Source: an uncultured Spirochaetota bacterium
Lineage (GTDB): Bacteria; Spirochaetota; Spirochaetia; SZUA-6; Fen-1364
Assembly: GCA_963845535.1 (NCBI GenBank)
Contig: CAWJSK010000002.1
Coordinates: forward strand, 124,160-188,159
DNA length: 64,000 nt
Direction of reading: 5' to 3'
Positions within the stretch are counted from its first letter, which is position 1, and each line of letters starts with the position of its first letter. The notes under the pieces were generated by a model. That model ran no database searches, was not told where the DNA came from, and was given only the letters and a program-made list of their open reading frames with translations. Position numbers and translations under genes: made by a program. Positions 41,697-51,351 of the stretch are shown piece by piece.

Positions 41697-41741
41697 TTGA
41701 CACACATGACTAATCGCAATACAATCGTATTTCATTCGTAA
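41697..41741 (+). promoter_or_regulatory. sigma70 promoter with putative DeoR operator repeats for the GRE operon
   Basis: TTGACA-17 bp-TACAAT; ATCGCA/ATCGTA/TTCGTA repeats flank the -10. Confidence 0.7.
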
Positions 41742-41766
41742 GGCCTGTGGCCTACGGACAAATGCC

Positions 41767-42657
41767 GTGATTTTCAACATCCAGCGTTTTTCAACTCATG
41801 ATGGGGCGGGCATCCGCACGATAGTCTTCTTCAAGGGGTGTTCCCTGCACTGCCCCTGGTGCGAAAACCCGGAGAGCCAATCGTTTGCGCCCGAGCTTGG
41901 CTGGGACGAAAAGAAATGCATTGGCTGTCTGGAATGCGCCCATGTTGCGGCGGACGGTGAAATGGAAGTGGTCAGCGGCAAACCTGTCTTCCATCGGGGG
42001 AAGATCGAGGACCCGAGGAAGTTCGCCGACGCCTGTCCGTCGAGCGCTCTTGCGGTTCTGGGTGAGGACGCGAGCGTTGCAGAGATCGTGCGGGAGGTCG
42101 AGAAAGACATTCCCTTCTATAGAAAGAGCGGAGGAGGGGTCACGGTTTCAGGAGGCGAGCCTTTCGACCAGCCGGTCTTCCTGCTCGAGTTGCTGAAGGG
42201 CCTCAAGGGCATTGGCGTCACAACGGCAATCGAAACCACCTTGAGCGTTCCCGCGAGCGCCATTGAGCCGTGCCTTCCCTTCGTGGACACATTCCTGGTG
42301 GATTTCAAGCACGCAGACGCATCCCGGCTGGAAGAGGCTACGGGCGGTGACCTGACACGCATCGTCGGCAACCTCAAGAGGCTCGAAGCCGCGGGTCGAG
42401 CCGTCATCGCCCGTGTTCCTATCATCCCCGGCTTCAACGACTTTCCTTCCGAGGTCGCCAACATCGTGAAGCTTGCGGCGTCCTACGCCAACATCCGCGC
42501 CATTCACTTCCTCCCCTTCCACACGCTGGGCGTGGGCAAGTATCATCTGCTCGGCAAGGATTACCGGTTCCTCACGCAGGCAGGCGCTCCCGGGGACATG
42601 AGCGAATATCTCACCCTCGCCCGCGGCAAGGGTCTCGAAGCAAGCACAGGAGGGTAG
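41767..42657 (+). CDS. Glycyl-radical activating enzyme (radical SAM), YbiY/PflE-like
   Basis: IFNIQRFSTHDG.GIRT, CSLHCPWC.NPES, ferredoxin-like CIGCLEC..CP, GGVT.SGGEP, LPFHTLG..KY. Confidence 0.95.
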   Translation: MIFNIQRFSTHDGAGIRTIVFFKGCSLHCPWCENPESQSFAPELGWDEKKCIGCLECAHVAADGEMEVVSGKPVFHRGKIEDPRKFADACPSSALAVLGEDASVAEIVREVEKDIPFYRKSGGGVTVSGGEPFDQPVFLLELLKGLKGIGVTTAIETTLSVPASAIEPCLPFVDTFLVDFKHADASRLEEATGGDLTRIVGNLKRLEAAGRAVIARVPIIPGFNDFPSEVANIVKLAASYANIRAIHFLPFHTLGVGKYHLLGKDYRFLTQAGAPGDMSEYLTLARGKGLEASTGG

Positions 42658-42658
42658 C

Positions 42659-45073
42659 GTGGAAGCCACTCAGTCAAAGCCCATGGTCTCGGATCGCATT
42701 GCGGGGCAGAAAGAGCGGCTCCTGAGAATGAAGCCGACCGTGTGCACCGAGCGCGCCCGGATCTACACGGAAGTCTATCGGGCCAACCAGGACAAGCCGC
42801 TCATCATCACGCGCGCGCTTGCCCTTGATGAGACGCTTCGCACGATGAGCATCTACATCGATGACGGTGAGCTGATCGTCGGCAACCAGGCCTCCCGGCC
42901 GCGCTCGGCCCCCATCTTTCCCGAATACGCCGTGGACTGGATCCTGCGGGAGCTTGATGATTTTGCAAAACGGCCGGGGGATGCGTTTTACCCGACAGAG
43001 GAGGCAAAGAAAGAGCTGCGTGAGATCTGCCCCTGGTGGGAGGGCAGGACTCTTTTCGAAAAGGCAACGGCGCTTCTGCCACCCATGATGCGTGAGATTC
43101 ACGACGCCCAGATCATCAGGGCGGAGGGGAACATGACGTCGGGGGACGGACACATCGCCATGAACTTCCCCCGGATCCTCGCGCATGGCCTCCGCGAGTA
43201 CCGGGCCCGGGTGGCAGGGCAACGGGCGAAGCTTGACCTTTCCGACTGGGCTGACCTCAGGAAGGAACAGTTCTACCGGGCCGTTGACATGGGAATCAGC
43301 GCCTTGAGCGCCTTCATTCGCCGGTTCGAGGAGCGGGCTCGGGTCATGAGCGCCGCGGAGAAGGACGCCGCCCGAAAGCGGGAGCTTGAGACGATCAGCC
43401 GCAACTGCGCGGCAATTGCGGAAGGTGCCCCTGAGGATTTCTACCAGGCGCTCCAGCTCACGTGGTTCGTCCAGCTTGTCCTGCAGATCGAGAGCAACGG
43501 ACACTCCGTCTCCCTGGGGCGGGTGGACCAGTACCTGTATCCGTTCTACTCCCGGGACATCGAAGCCGGCCGGCTCACCGAGGATTTTGCCCGCGAGCTC
43601 CTGGAAAGCGCGTGGCTGAAGATATTTTCCATCAACAAGATCAGGTCGTGGTCTCATACGCGGTTCTCCGCCGGGAGCCCGCTGTACCAGAACGTCACGA
43701 TTGGCGGGCAAACCCGCGGCGGGCAAGACGCGGTGAACCCGCTCAGCTTCCTCATCCTTTCCTCGGTGGGCAACCTTCGGCTGCCGCAGCCCAACCTTTC
43801 CGTACGCTATCACCGCGGCTTGAGCCCTGAGTTCATGGATGCCTGCATCCGCGTCATCGAAAAAGGTTTCGGCATGCCCGCCTTCAAGAATGATGAGATC
43901 GTCATCCCAGCCCTGGTGAAGCAAGGCGTGGAAAAGGAAGATGCCTGCGATTACTCCGCCATCGGGTGCATCGAGGTGGCGGTGCCGGGCAAATGGGGAT
44001 ACCGGTGCACGGGCATGAGCTTCCTCAATTTTCCCCGCGTGCTGCTGGCCGCGCTCCGAAATGGCTTTGACACCATGTCGGGAAAAACCTTCTGCCCCGG
44101 AACGGGCACACTGGAGCAGTTCGATGCCTTCGACCAGGTGATGGCGGCCTGGGAGAAGCAAGTGAGGTTCTACACGCGCGCCACGGTGGAGATCGACACC
44201 GCCGTGGATACAGCGCTGGAGGAGACCGTCCCCGATATCCTGTGCTCGGCGTTTGTCGACAACTGCATTGAGCGCGGCAAGACGTTGAAGGAAGGAGGCG
44301 CGAAATACGACTTCATCTCGGGCCTCCAGGTGGGGATTGCGAACCTGGGGAACTCCCTGGCGGCAATCAAGAAGCTCGTTTTCGAGGAAGGCAGGATCAG
44401 CAAGGCACAGCTCATGAAAGCGCTCGAAAGCAACTTCGAGGGCGCGCACGGAGAAAAGGTGCGTCAGCTCCTGCTCAATCGCGCCCCGAAATACGGGAAT
44501 GATGACGACTCCGTGGACCTGCTCCTTCGGGACGCGTACGGCATGTTCATTGATGAGCTCTCACACTTCCATAACACGCGCTTCGGCCGGGGACCCATAG
44601 GCGGCACGTACTACGCCGGGACCTCGAGCATTTCCGCCAACGTGCCTTCGGGCTCGGTCGTGCCCGCGACGCCTGACGGCCGAAGGGCATTTGCGCCCGT
44701 GGCGGAAGGCTGCTCTCCCTCTTCAGGGACAGACACGCTGGGGCCCACGGCAGTCTTCAAGTCAGTAGCAAAGCTCCCCACGGAGAAAATCTGCGGAGGA
44801 GTCCTCCTGAACCAGAAACTCTCGCCTGCCTCTCTTTCCAGCCCGGCGGACAAGGAGAAGCTTGCCATATTGTTGAGGACGTTCTTCGACGACCTGAAGG
44901 GCTGGCACGTGCAGTACAACATCGTCTCCCGCCAGACGCTTCTCAGCGCGCAGAAGGACCCCGAGAGCTACCGGGACCTCGTGGTGCGGGTGGCCGGCTA
45001 TTCCGCGCTTTTTACGACGCTGGCCCCTGAGACGCAGAACGACATCATTGCCCGCACGGAGCATGCGCTGTAA
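42659..45073 (+). CDS. Glycyl radical enzyme, YbiW/PflF-like
   Basis: GNMTSGDGH, IESNGHS.SLGR.DQY, RSWSHTRFSAGSPLYQN, AIGCIE..VPGKWGYRCTGMS, GTSSISANVP, RVAGYSA. Confidence 0.92.
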   Translation: MEATQSKPMVSDRIAGQKERLLRMKPTVCTERARIYTEVYRANQDKPLIITRALALDETLRTMSIYIDDGELIVGNQASRPRSAPIFPEYAVDWILRELDDFAKRPGDAFYPTEEAKKELREICPWWEGRTLFEKATALLPPMMREIHDAQIIRAEGNMTSGDGHIAMNFPRILAHGLREYRARVAGQRAKLDLSDWADLRKEQFYRAVDMGISALSAFIRRFEERARVMSAAEKDAARKRELETISRNCAAIAEGAPEDFYQALQLTWFVQLVLQIESNGHSVSLGRVDQYLYPFYSRDIEAGRLTEDFARELLESAWLKIFSINKIRSWSHTRFSAGSPLYQNVTIGGQTRGGQDAVNPLSFLILSSVGNLRLPQPNLSVRYHRGLSPEFMDACIRVIEKGFGMPAFKNDEIVIPALVKQGVEKEDACDYSAIGCIEVAVPGKWGYRCTGMSFLNFPRVLLAALRNGFDTMSGKTFCPGTGTLEQFDAFDQVMAAWEKQVRFYTRATVEIDTAVDTALEETVPDILCSAFVDNCIERGKTLKEGGAKYDFISGLQVGIANLGNSLAAIKKLVFEEGRISKAQLMKALESNFEGAHGEKVRQLLLNRAPKYGNDDDSVDLLLRDAYGMFIDELSHFHNTRFGRGPIGGTYYAGTSSISANVPSGSVVPATPDGRRAFAPVAEGCSPSSGTDTLGPTAVFKSVAKLPTEKICGGVLLNQKLSPASLSSPADKEKLAILLRTFFDDLKGWHVQYNIVSRQTLLSAQKDPESYRDLVVRVAGYSALFTTLAPETQNDIIARTEHAL

Positions 45074-45105
45074 ACTGACTGGAACGGGCGCGAGGCGGAG
45101 GAGCC

Positions 45106-46074
45106 GTGGAAAAACTGCTCTGTGGCATTGACCTGGGGGGGACAAAGCTCGCCGCGGGACTGATGCGGGCTGACGGGAAGCTCCTGGACAAAGAGGTGGT
45201 CTTCGACCATGCCGGCAAGGATGAGGCGACGGTGGTCAGCCGAATGAGGGACATCGTCGACGCCTTGCTTTCCCGCCAGCACAAGACGGTGGAGGACCTC
45301 GAGGGGATCGGGGTGGGGTTCGCGGGACACCTGAGGTTCCGGGAGGGCGTCACCATCACGTCCTCCAACTACAAGGGCTTCAAGATCAAGAACTTCCCGC
45401 TTCGAAGCGCCATCCAGGAGCATTTTCCCACGCGCGTGGTGGTGGACAATGACGCCAACGCGCAGGCTCTTGCCGAGTACCGCTTCGGGGCGGGGGCCGG
45501 ATATGGGTCCATGATCTTCGTGACCTTCAGCACGGGGATCGGAGCGGGAATCATTCTTGAGGGAAAGCTGTACCGGGGCATGACCGGGACAGCGGGGGAA
45601 GTGGGGCACATGATCGTGGAACCCGAAAGCCCCTTTGTGTGCGGGTGCGGCAACCACGGATGCCTCATGGCGCACGCAAGCGGGCTGGCTCTCCCGCAGG
45701 TGGTGCGGAGCAAGCGGGAGCAGGGCGTTCCGACACGGCTTTCTCTTTCCGAGGGGGACTGGGGGAAGATCGACGGCAAGACCCTGGGGGAAGGGCTTGC
45801 GGCAGGGGATGAGCTTTCGCGAGCGGTCGTGCTGGAGTTCGCGGACTACGCGGGGATCGGGTTGTACAACCTTTTCCAGATCTTCAACCCGGACGCGTTC
45901 GTCCTTGGCGGCGGCCTGATGAGCTGGGGTGATCTCTACCGGGAGCGGATACGAAAGAAGTTCCACGAGCTCGCGCGGGAGATGCTGTTCGATCCCGTAC
46001 AGATCGTTCCCTCGAAGCTCGAACAGGATGCTGGCATAATCGGGGCAGCCGCGTTACTGTTGGAGCAGGGATGA
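45106..46074 (+). CDS. ROK-family sugar kinase
   Basis: GIDLGGTK with no HTH, NDANA, TGIGAG, GEVGH, CGCGNHGC, LGGG. Confidence 0.92.
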   Translation: MEKLLCGIDLGGTKLAAGLMRADGKLLDKEVVFDHAGKDEATVVSRMRDIVDALLSRQHKTVEDLEGIGVGFAGHLRFREGVTITSSNYKGFKIKNFPLRSAIQEHFPTRVVVDNDANAQALAEYRFGAGAGYGSMIFVTFSTGIGAGIILEGKLYRGMTGTAGEVGHMIVEPESPFVCGCGNHGCLMAHASGLALPQVVRSKREQGVPTRLSLSEGDWGKIDGKTLGEGLAAGDELSRAVVLEFADYAGIGLYNLFQIFNPDAFVLGGGLMSWGDLYRERIRKKFHELAREMLFDPVQIVPSKLEQDAGIIGAAALLLEQG

Positions 46075-46814
46075 ACAAGAGACAGCGTCGCATCATCGAC
46101 TCTCTGAACGGGAACGCCATGACGTCGGTCCGGGACCTGGCCCACCAGCTTCGCGTGTCCGCCGTCACCATCCGGCAGGACCTGACCTTGCTGGAAGACG
46201 AAGGGTTTCTCAAGCGCGTCCACGGCGGGGCGGTCCTGGAGAGCGCGGATGACATCTCGAAGCGCCTCGTGGTCAACTATGAGAAGAAGCAGCGGATTGC
46301 CCTGGCCGCGGCCTCGTATGTCAAGGAAGGGGAGTCCATCCTCATCGAATCAGGGTCCACAAACGCCATCCTGGTCAAGGAGCTGGGCAAGCGGCAAGGC
46401 GTCACCATCATCACCACGAACGTTTTCATTGCCCGACAGCTCAAGAAAGTGGAGCATGCCTCCATCATCCTGCTGGGCGGGCTCTACCAGCATGAGAGCG
46501 AAAGCCTGGTGGGCAAGCTGGCAAAGGTGTGCCTTGACAACGTGAACTTCACCAAGGCGTTCATCGGCGTGGATGGGTTTTCCCGGGATGCCGGCTTCAC
46601 GAGCACGGACATGATGCGCGCCGAGATATCGTCATACATCGTGGAAAAAGGGGCCGAGGTGTTCGTGGTCACCGACTCCAGCAAGTTCGGGAAGGTCCAC
46701 CTCACCAACCTTTTCCATCCCCGTGACGTGCGCTACCTCATCACGGATGACGGCATCCCGCCGGCCGACAAGGCCTTCCTGGAGGAGAACGGGGTGAGAG
46801 TCATCATTACCTGA
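46071..46814 (+). CDS. DeoR/GlpR transcriptional regulator
   Basis: VSAVTIRQDL..LE, RVHGGA, SGST, TTN, DSSKFG. Confidence 0.95.
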   Translation: MNKRQRRIIDSLNGNAMTSVRDLAHQLRVSAVTIRQDLTLLEDEGFLKRVHGGAVLESADDISKRLVVNYEKKQRIALAAASYVKEGESILIESGSTNAILVKELGKRQGVTIITTNVFIARQLKKVEHASIILLGGLYQHESESLVGKLAKVCLDNVNFTKAFIGVDGFSRDAGFTSTDMMRAEISSYIVEKGAEVFVVTDSSKFGKVHLTNLFHPRDVRYLITDDGIPPADKAFLEENGVRVIIT

Positions 46815-47949
46815 GGCCGGCAACGGTGACCCACGCATCCGACGTGGCTGACTCATACGCCGCATCCAGCACAAGCTGCGTCCGCAAGCCGTCCTGAAGG
46901 CCCGGCTCGGGCTTCTTGCCTTCCGCCACGGCGCGCAGGAACGCGTACTGGCATTCCGCATGGGCGCGCGTCCAGCCCAGGATGGCCCGCGCGGGCGGAA
47001 CGGACGCCCCCCGGTAGTGCTGGACGGTTTCCAGGCGCTGCCAGCCCTGGTCTCCGCCCTGAAAGCCGCCAGCTTTTGTCCCATCGAACCAGTACAGCCA
47101 GTTCGCATCCATCAGGCTGAACCGAATCGCGCCCTTGCTGCCGAAGACCTCCAGGTTCAGGTCATCCAGCGCGCCCGTAGCAAACCGTGAGACCTCCACG
47201 GTCCCAAGGCCGCCGCCGGCCAGCCGCACTTCCAGCCACGCCGCGTCATCCACGGTGACGTCGCCAAGAGTCTTTGAGCCGCGCTCCAGGGGTCTTTTCA
47301 GGATATAGGTTTTCGTCACGGCCCGCACCGCTTGCATTTCACCCAGCAGGTGCAGAATGAGGTCGATCACGTGGGAGCCCATGTCCACCAGGGCGCCGCC
47401 GCCTGACATCTCCTGCCGCATCCTCCAGCCCAGGGGCCTTTGCGGGTCCTGGTAGCCGGTGTGGAAGTACTCCGCGCGGAAGCTGTACACGTCCCCGAGC
47501 ATCCCATCCGAGATCATGCGTTTCGCGCGCATGAGCGCCGGGACAAAACGGTAGTTGAACGTCATCCCGACAGAGACTCCCGCTTTCTCCGCTTCTCGGG
47601 CTATCTCCCTGGCCTCCGCGCCGTTCAGGGCGAGCGGCTTTTCGCAATAGACGTGCTTGCCTGCGGCAATGGCCGCAAGAAGCGTCTGTCGATGCTGATG
47701 GTTGGGCGTGCAGCAGTCGATGATGGAAACGCTGCCCTGGCGGACAATCTCTTGTACGTCCGTGTACCAGGAGGCGTACCCGCCCTCTTTCGCGGCCGCG
47801 GCCGCCGTCTCCTTTCGAGACGTGCAGACGGCTGCCAGGGTGAGCGGGGGAAGCGCGCCCGGGTACAGCATGGACAGGTCCTTGTAGGAAAGCGTGTGGA
47901 TGCGACCAATTTGGCCGTACCCCACCAGTCCGATTCCGATTTCATCCAT
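46807..47949 (-). CDS. Gfo/Idh/MocA oxidoreductase
   Basis: GYGQIG, TPN..H, GKHVYCEKPLA, FNYRF, GGGALVDMGSH.ID, VDD. Confidence 0.92.
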   Translation of the reverse strand: MDEIGIGLVGYGQIGRIHTLSYKDLSMLYPGALPPLTLAAVCTSRKETAAAAAKEGGYASWYTDVQEIVRQGSVSIIDCCTPNHQHRQTLLAAIAAGKHVYCEKPLALNGAEAREIAREAEKAGVSVGMTFNYRFVPALMRAKRMISDGMLGDVYSFRAEYFHTGYQDPQRPLGWRMRQEMSGGGALVDMGSHVIDLILHLLGEMQAVRAVTKTYILKRPLERGSKTLGDVTVDDAAWLEVRLAGGGLGTVEVSRFATGALDDLNLEVFGSKGAIRFSLMDANWLYWFDGTKAGGFQGGDQGWQRLETVQHYRGASVPPARAILGWTRAHAECQYAFLRAVAEGKKPEPGLQDGLRTQLVLDAAYESATSDAWVTVAGLR

Positions 47950-47963
47950 GCCGCTATACAACC

Positions 47964-48807
47964 TCAACGGTCGGCGCTGGACAAGTATTCATCCACGCCT
48001 TTTTTCCATTCCGCAAGCGGGCGGCCGGTCACGAGCTGAAAGAGACGGCAGTCCAGCACCGTGCGTCCCGGTCTCCGCGCCGCGCGCGTGAGCTTGCCGG
48101 CGTCCAGTTTTTCGACCGGCGCGGAGCGGCCAGCGGCTTTCAACACATAGCGGGCGAACTCCAGGCGCGTGCATGCGCCGATGCTTGTCACGTTGTAGGT
48201 TCCATACGCCCCCGTGGGTATCAGGTCGCGGACGGCCTGCGCGAGGTGGACGGTGTACGTCGGTGACTCAAGCTGGTCCTCCGGCATTCGGACCACCCCG
48301 TCCTTCTCCGCGGCCGTGAGCACCCTGTCCACGTAGTTCTTCGGCCTGTGGCCGAAGAGCCACGCCGTTCGAACCACGTAGGTCCTTGGCCAGATGCCGG
48401 CGGCAAGCTTTTCTCCCGCCAGCTTGGACTTGCCGTACTGGTTGATGGGATGGGGAGAAGAGAACTCGTCGTAGTTTTCCTCCGTGGCGCCGTCGAACAC
48501 GTAATCGGTGGAAATGAGGAGATAATCTGCGTTGAGCGCACGCGAAGCAAGCGCCAGGTTCTGGGACCCCACGGCGTTGACTTTCCACGCTGCATCCGGC
48601 TTCTTCTCACACACTTCCACGTCCACCAGCGCGGCCGCGTTCAGGATGAAGTCAGGCTTGAGGCTTTTCAGCTTCTCTATAGTCGAAGCCCGATCAGTGA
48701 TGTCGATCTCATCGATGTCCCACGGAACCACCTGATGGGATGGGGCCAGAGGCGGCGCACAGCTCGGCTCCCAGCATCCCCTTTGCGCCGATGACCGCGA
48801 TCTTCAC
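47964..48807 (-). CDS. RfbD/RmlD-like NAD(P)-dependent reductase; frameshift near 48740-48760
   Basis: GTG 48807 gives VIGAKGMLG; second frame gives NAAA.VDVE.CE, ISTDYVFDG, YGKSK. Confidence 0.85.
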
Positions 48808-49583
48808 CGCGCGCCCTTTCCTGCCGCCTCATCCAGCGCGGCGCGAACTTTCTTCACCGCTTTCGTGATGTCGCCCGTGCCAGCCTTGAACCTGCCCTCA
48901 GGGCCCTTGAAGAAAGGAGAGGAAAACTCCCCCACGGTCATCCCGACCTCCACGAACTGCTTCACGTTCCCGGCGTTGAGCCCGCCGTCTTCCATGAGGT
49001 CGACCTTCTTTTCCCTTCCCGCCTCCACGAGCATCTCATGCATCCCGCGTACCGTGGCCACGACGATGGGGTCGATGGTATGCGGGCTCTTCCCGGGGAC
49101 CGCGGGTTTCCAGAACGGCGCCCGGCTCTCGTACTCGATGATGTCGACAAAGGGGATGTACTGCTCGAAGAACACGGCGGGCAGCCCCTGCCACGCCCAC
49201 ACGCCAACCTTCAACTCCAGCGTTTCCTTGATGTAGGTGATGTTCTGGATGAGCATCTCGTTGGTGGTCTCGATGGGCAGGCTGATCAGGTTTGCGCCGG
49301 CCTGTTTCAGGAGCCTGAACAGCTCTTGGTCAGGGCGCATCATCTGAAGCTGCACCTCGATCTCCAGGTCAGTGTGGGGGCGTATCCCTTCCAGGATGTC
49401 TATTCCTCCGCGCGGCGCGGAGAAGTCCATGTAGACGCCGTCCCGCATTTCCAGGTGGATCCAGTCCACCCCGCCCGCCGTCAACTCCCTGACCTGGGCT
49501 CCCAGCTCGCCATAGTCAGCCCAGAACAGGCCCGCGGCAATCTTGGGCTTGCCCGTGATGACTCCAATGCTCTCGTGCGGCAT
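48804..49583 (-). CDS. Divergent ribulose-phosphate 3-epimerase-family protein
   Basis: ADY..L..Q, GVDWIHLEMRDG.Y, EDGG.N; metal/catalytic positions altered. Confidence 0.7.
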   Translation of the reverse strand: MPHESIGVITGKPKIAAGLFWADYGELGAQVRELTAGGVDWIHLEMRDGVYMDFSAPRGGIDILEGIRPHTDLEIEVQLQMMRPDQELFRLLKQAGANLISLPIETTNEMLIQNITYIKETLELKVGVWAWQGLPAVFFEQYIPFVDIIEYESRAPFWKPAVPGKSPHTIDPIVVATVRGMHEMLVEAGREKKVDLMEDGGLNAGNVKQFVEVGMTVGEFSSPFFKGPEGRFKAGTGDITKAVKKVRAALDEAAGKGAR

Positions 49584-49609
49584 ATTTTCTCCTCATTGAG
49601 CTACCGGTT

Positions 49610-49673
49610 GCTTTCATATGAAATATATATCAATTACGAATAGAAAATAACGAACTTCGAAATGAAAATCAAC
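49610..49673 (-). promoter_or_regulatory. AT-rich promoter with TTCGWW repeats (putative DeoR operator)
   Basis: Minus strand TTGATT-17 bp-TATTTT with TTCGAA, TTCGTT and ATTCGTAA. Confidence 0.55.
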
Positions 49674-49712
49674 GGCCTGGGGCGGCTCCGTCTGATCCGA
49701 CCGCGCTTCGCT

Positions 49713-49776
49713 GGCACCGAAGCAGCGCGGCACCGAAACAGCGCCGCACTGAAGCAGCGCGGCACTGAAGCAGCGC
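49713..49776 (+). repeat. Four 16-bp tandem repeats
   Basis: (g/c)gcac(c/t)gaa(g/a)cagcgc x4. Confidence 0.9.
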
Positions 49777-49778
49777 CG

Positions 49779-49838
49779 CCCTATCAAAAACGCATTTTTC
49801 CCAACTTGTGTCTTTTGAAATCTGCGTTTTTGATAGGG
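49779..49838. repeat. Perfect 16-bp inverted repeat with 28-bp spacer
   Basis: CCCTATCAAAAACGCA ... TGCGTTTTTGATAGGG. Confidence 0.85.
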
Positions 49839-49894
49839 TTGGGAGGCATAGCTCTGGCAGACCAGGCCAGGCCGCGCGAGCGGCCGCGCTCAGT

Positions 49895-51351
49895 TCAGCG
49901 TTGCTCTGCGGGGCGCCCGTGCAGCCTGCCCCTTGCCAGGGATGCGAAAATCCCCGCGAGGCACAGGCCCGCGAAAATGAGGAAGGCAACGCGGAAGCCA
50001 TTCAGGAACGCCGCCTCGTTGTCCGCCGTGATCTGCACTTTCCCCACGTACAACGCGATGATCATCCCCGCGGTGGCCATGCTCAACATCTGGCCGATCA
50101 GCCGCATGGCGCTCGTGGTTGCAGAGGCCACGCCGTAATGCTTCCGTTCGACGGAGCCCATGATGGCGCTCGTGTTGGGGGATGAGAAAAGCGCGAACCC
50201 CAGGCCGCACAGCATGAGGACCGCCACGATATGAATGAGCGATGACGATGCGCTGAGGAACGAGGTCAGGACAAGGCCGGCGGTGCTCATGGCCATCCCT
50301 GCTGAGGCCACCACGCGCGGCTCCACCCGGTCCGCCAGCGGCCGGCCAGCGGGGAAAAGCCGGACTGGATGACCGGCTGGGCCAGCATGACGATCCCGGC
50401 AGCCTGCGGGTCCAGTCCCTTCGAGTACTGGAGGTACAGGCTCATGAGGAACGTGAGCGCGAAGGTGGCGGCATAGTTGATGAGCGCCGAGAGGTTGGAC
50501 ATCGCGAAGATCACGTTTCGGAACAGCCCCATGTCGAGGACGGGATGCGCCGTGCGGTTCTCCCACAGCACGAACGCCGCCAGGCACAGGATGCCCGCGG
50601 CCATGACGATGACCCCCGACAGGTCCGGCAGCAGTCGGAAGCCGTTCATGACGGCAAGCAGCGTGACGGAGTACAGCGCCGCGCCCGGCCAGTCCATCTT
50701 CTGGCCTGCCGCTTCCGCCCATTCGTCTTTCATCTTCCAGACGGTAAGGGCGATGACGGAGAGACCCAGCGCGGTGGTGAAATAGAAGATGCTTCGCCAC
50801 CCGAGGGCGTGCGTGATGAGCCCGCCGATGAAGGGCCCGAGGGCCAGCCCCGCATAGACGGAGGCCACGTTGACCCCGAGCGCCCGGCCTCTTTCTTTCG
50901 GCGGATAGACGGATGTCACGATTGCCGTTGCCGTGGCGAACATGAGCGCATCCGCCGTTCCCTGGAGCGCCCGCAAGGTGATCAACATGGCCTCGGAGGT
51001 GGCAAAGCCGCAGAGAAGGGATATGAACGTGTAGCCGGCCGTGCCTGCCAGGAAGATGCGCTTTCTCCCGTTGATGTCGGCAAGCCGTCCCACGGGCACG
51101 AGGAACATGGCCGCGGCCAGAAGGTACGCCGTTGATATCCAGCTCAGGCTGAAGGCGCCGGCGGAAAACTCCCTGCCAATGGTGGGAAGGGCGATGTTGA
51201 TGGAGGACCCCATGAACGGCGTCAGGAACGAGGCCATGGCGGTCACGAATAGCACGACACCCTTGCTGACGGGCGACGGAGCCGCGCCGGTGGCGCCGCT
51301 TGCACCAGGGGCGCCCGAGGCGTCGGAGGCAAGCGCCTTTTCCGGTTTCAC
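49895..51351 (-). CDS. MFS transporter, DHA2 (EmrB/QacA) type; frameshift near 50340
   Basis: NIALPTI, GRLADINGRK, RALQG, ERGRALG, GPFIGG, GWRSIF, FSSPNT, R.IGQ. Confidence 0.9.

Noticed and set aside
49713..49776. Repeat array as a CRISPR
   Set aside because: 16-bp units are contiguous with no unique spacers, and no cas genes are present.
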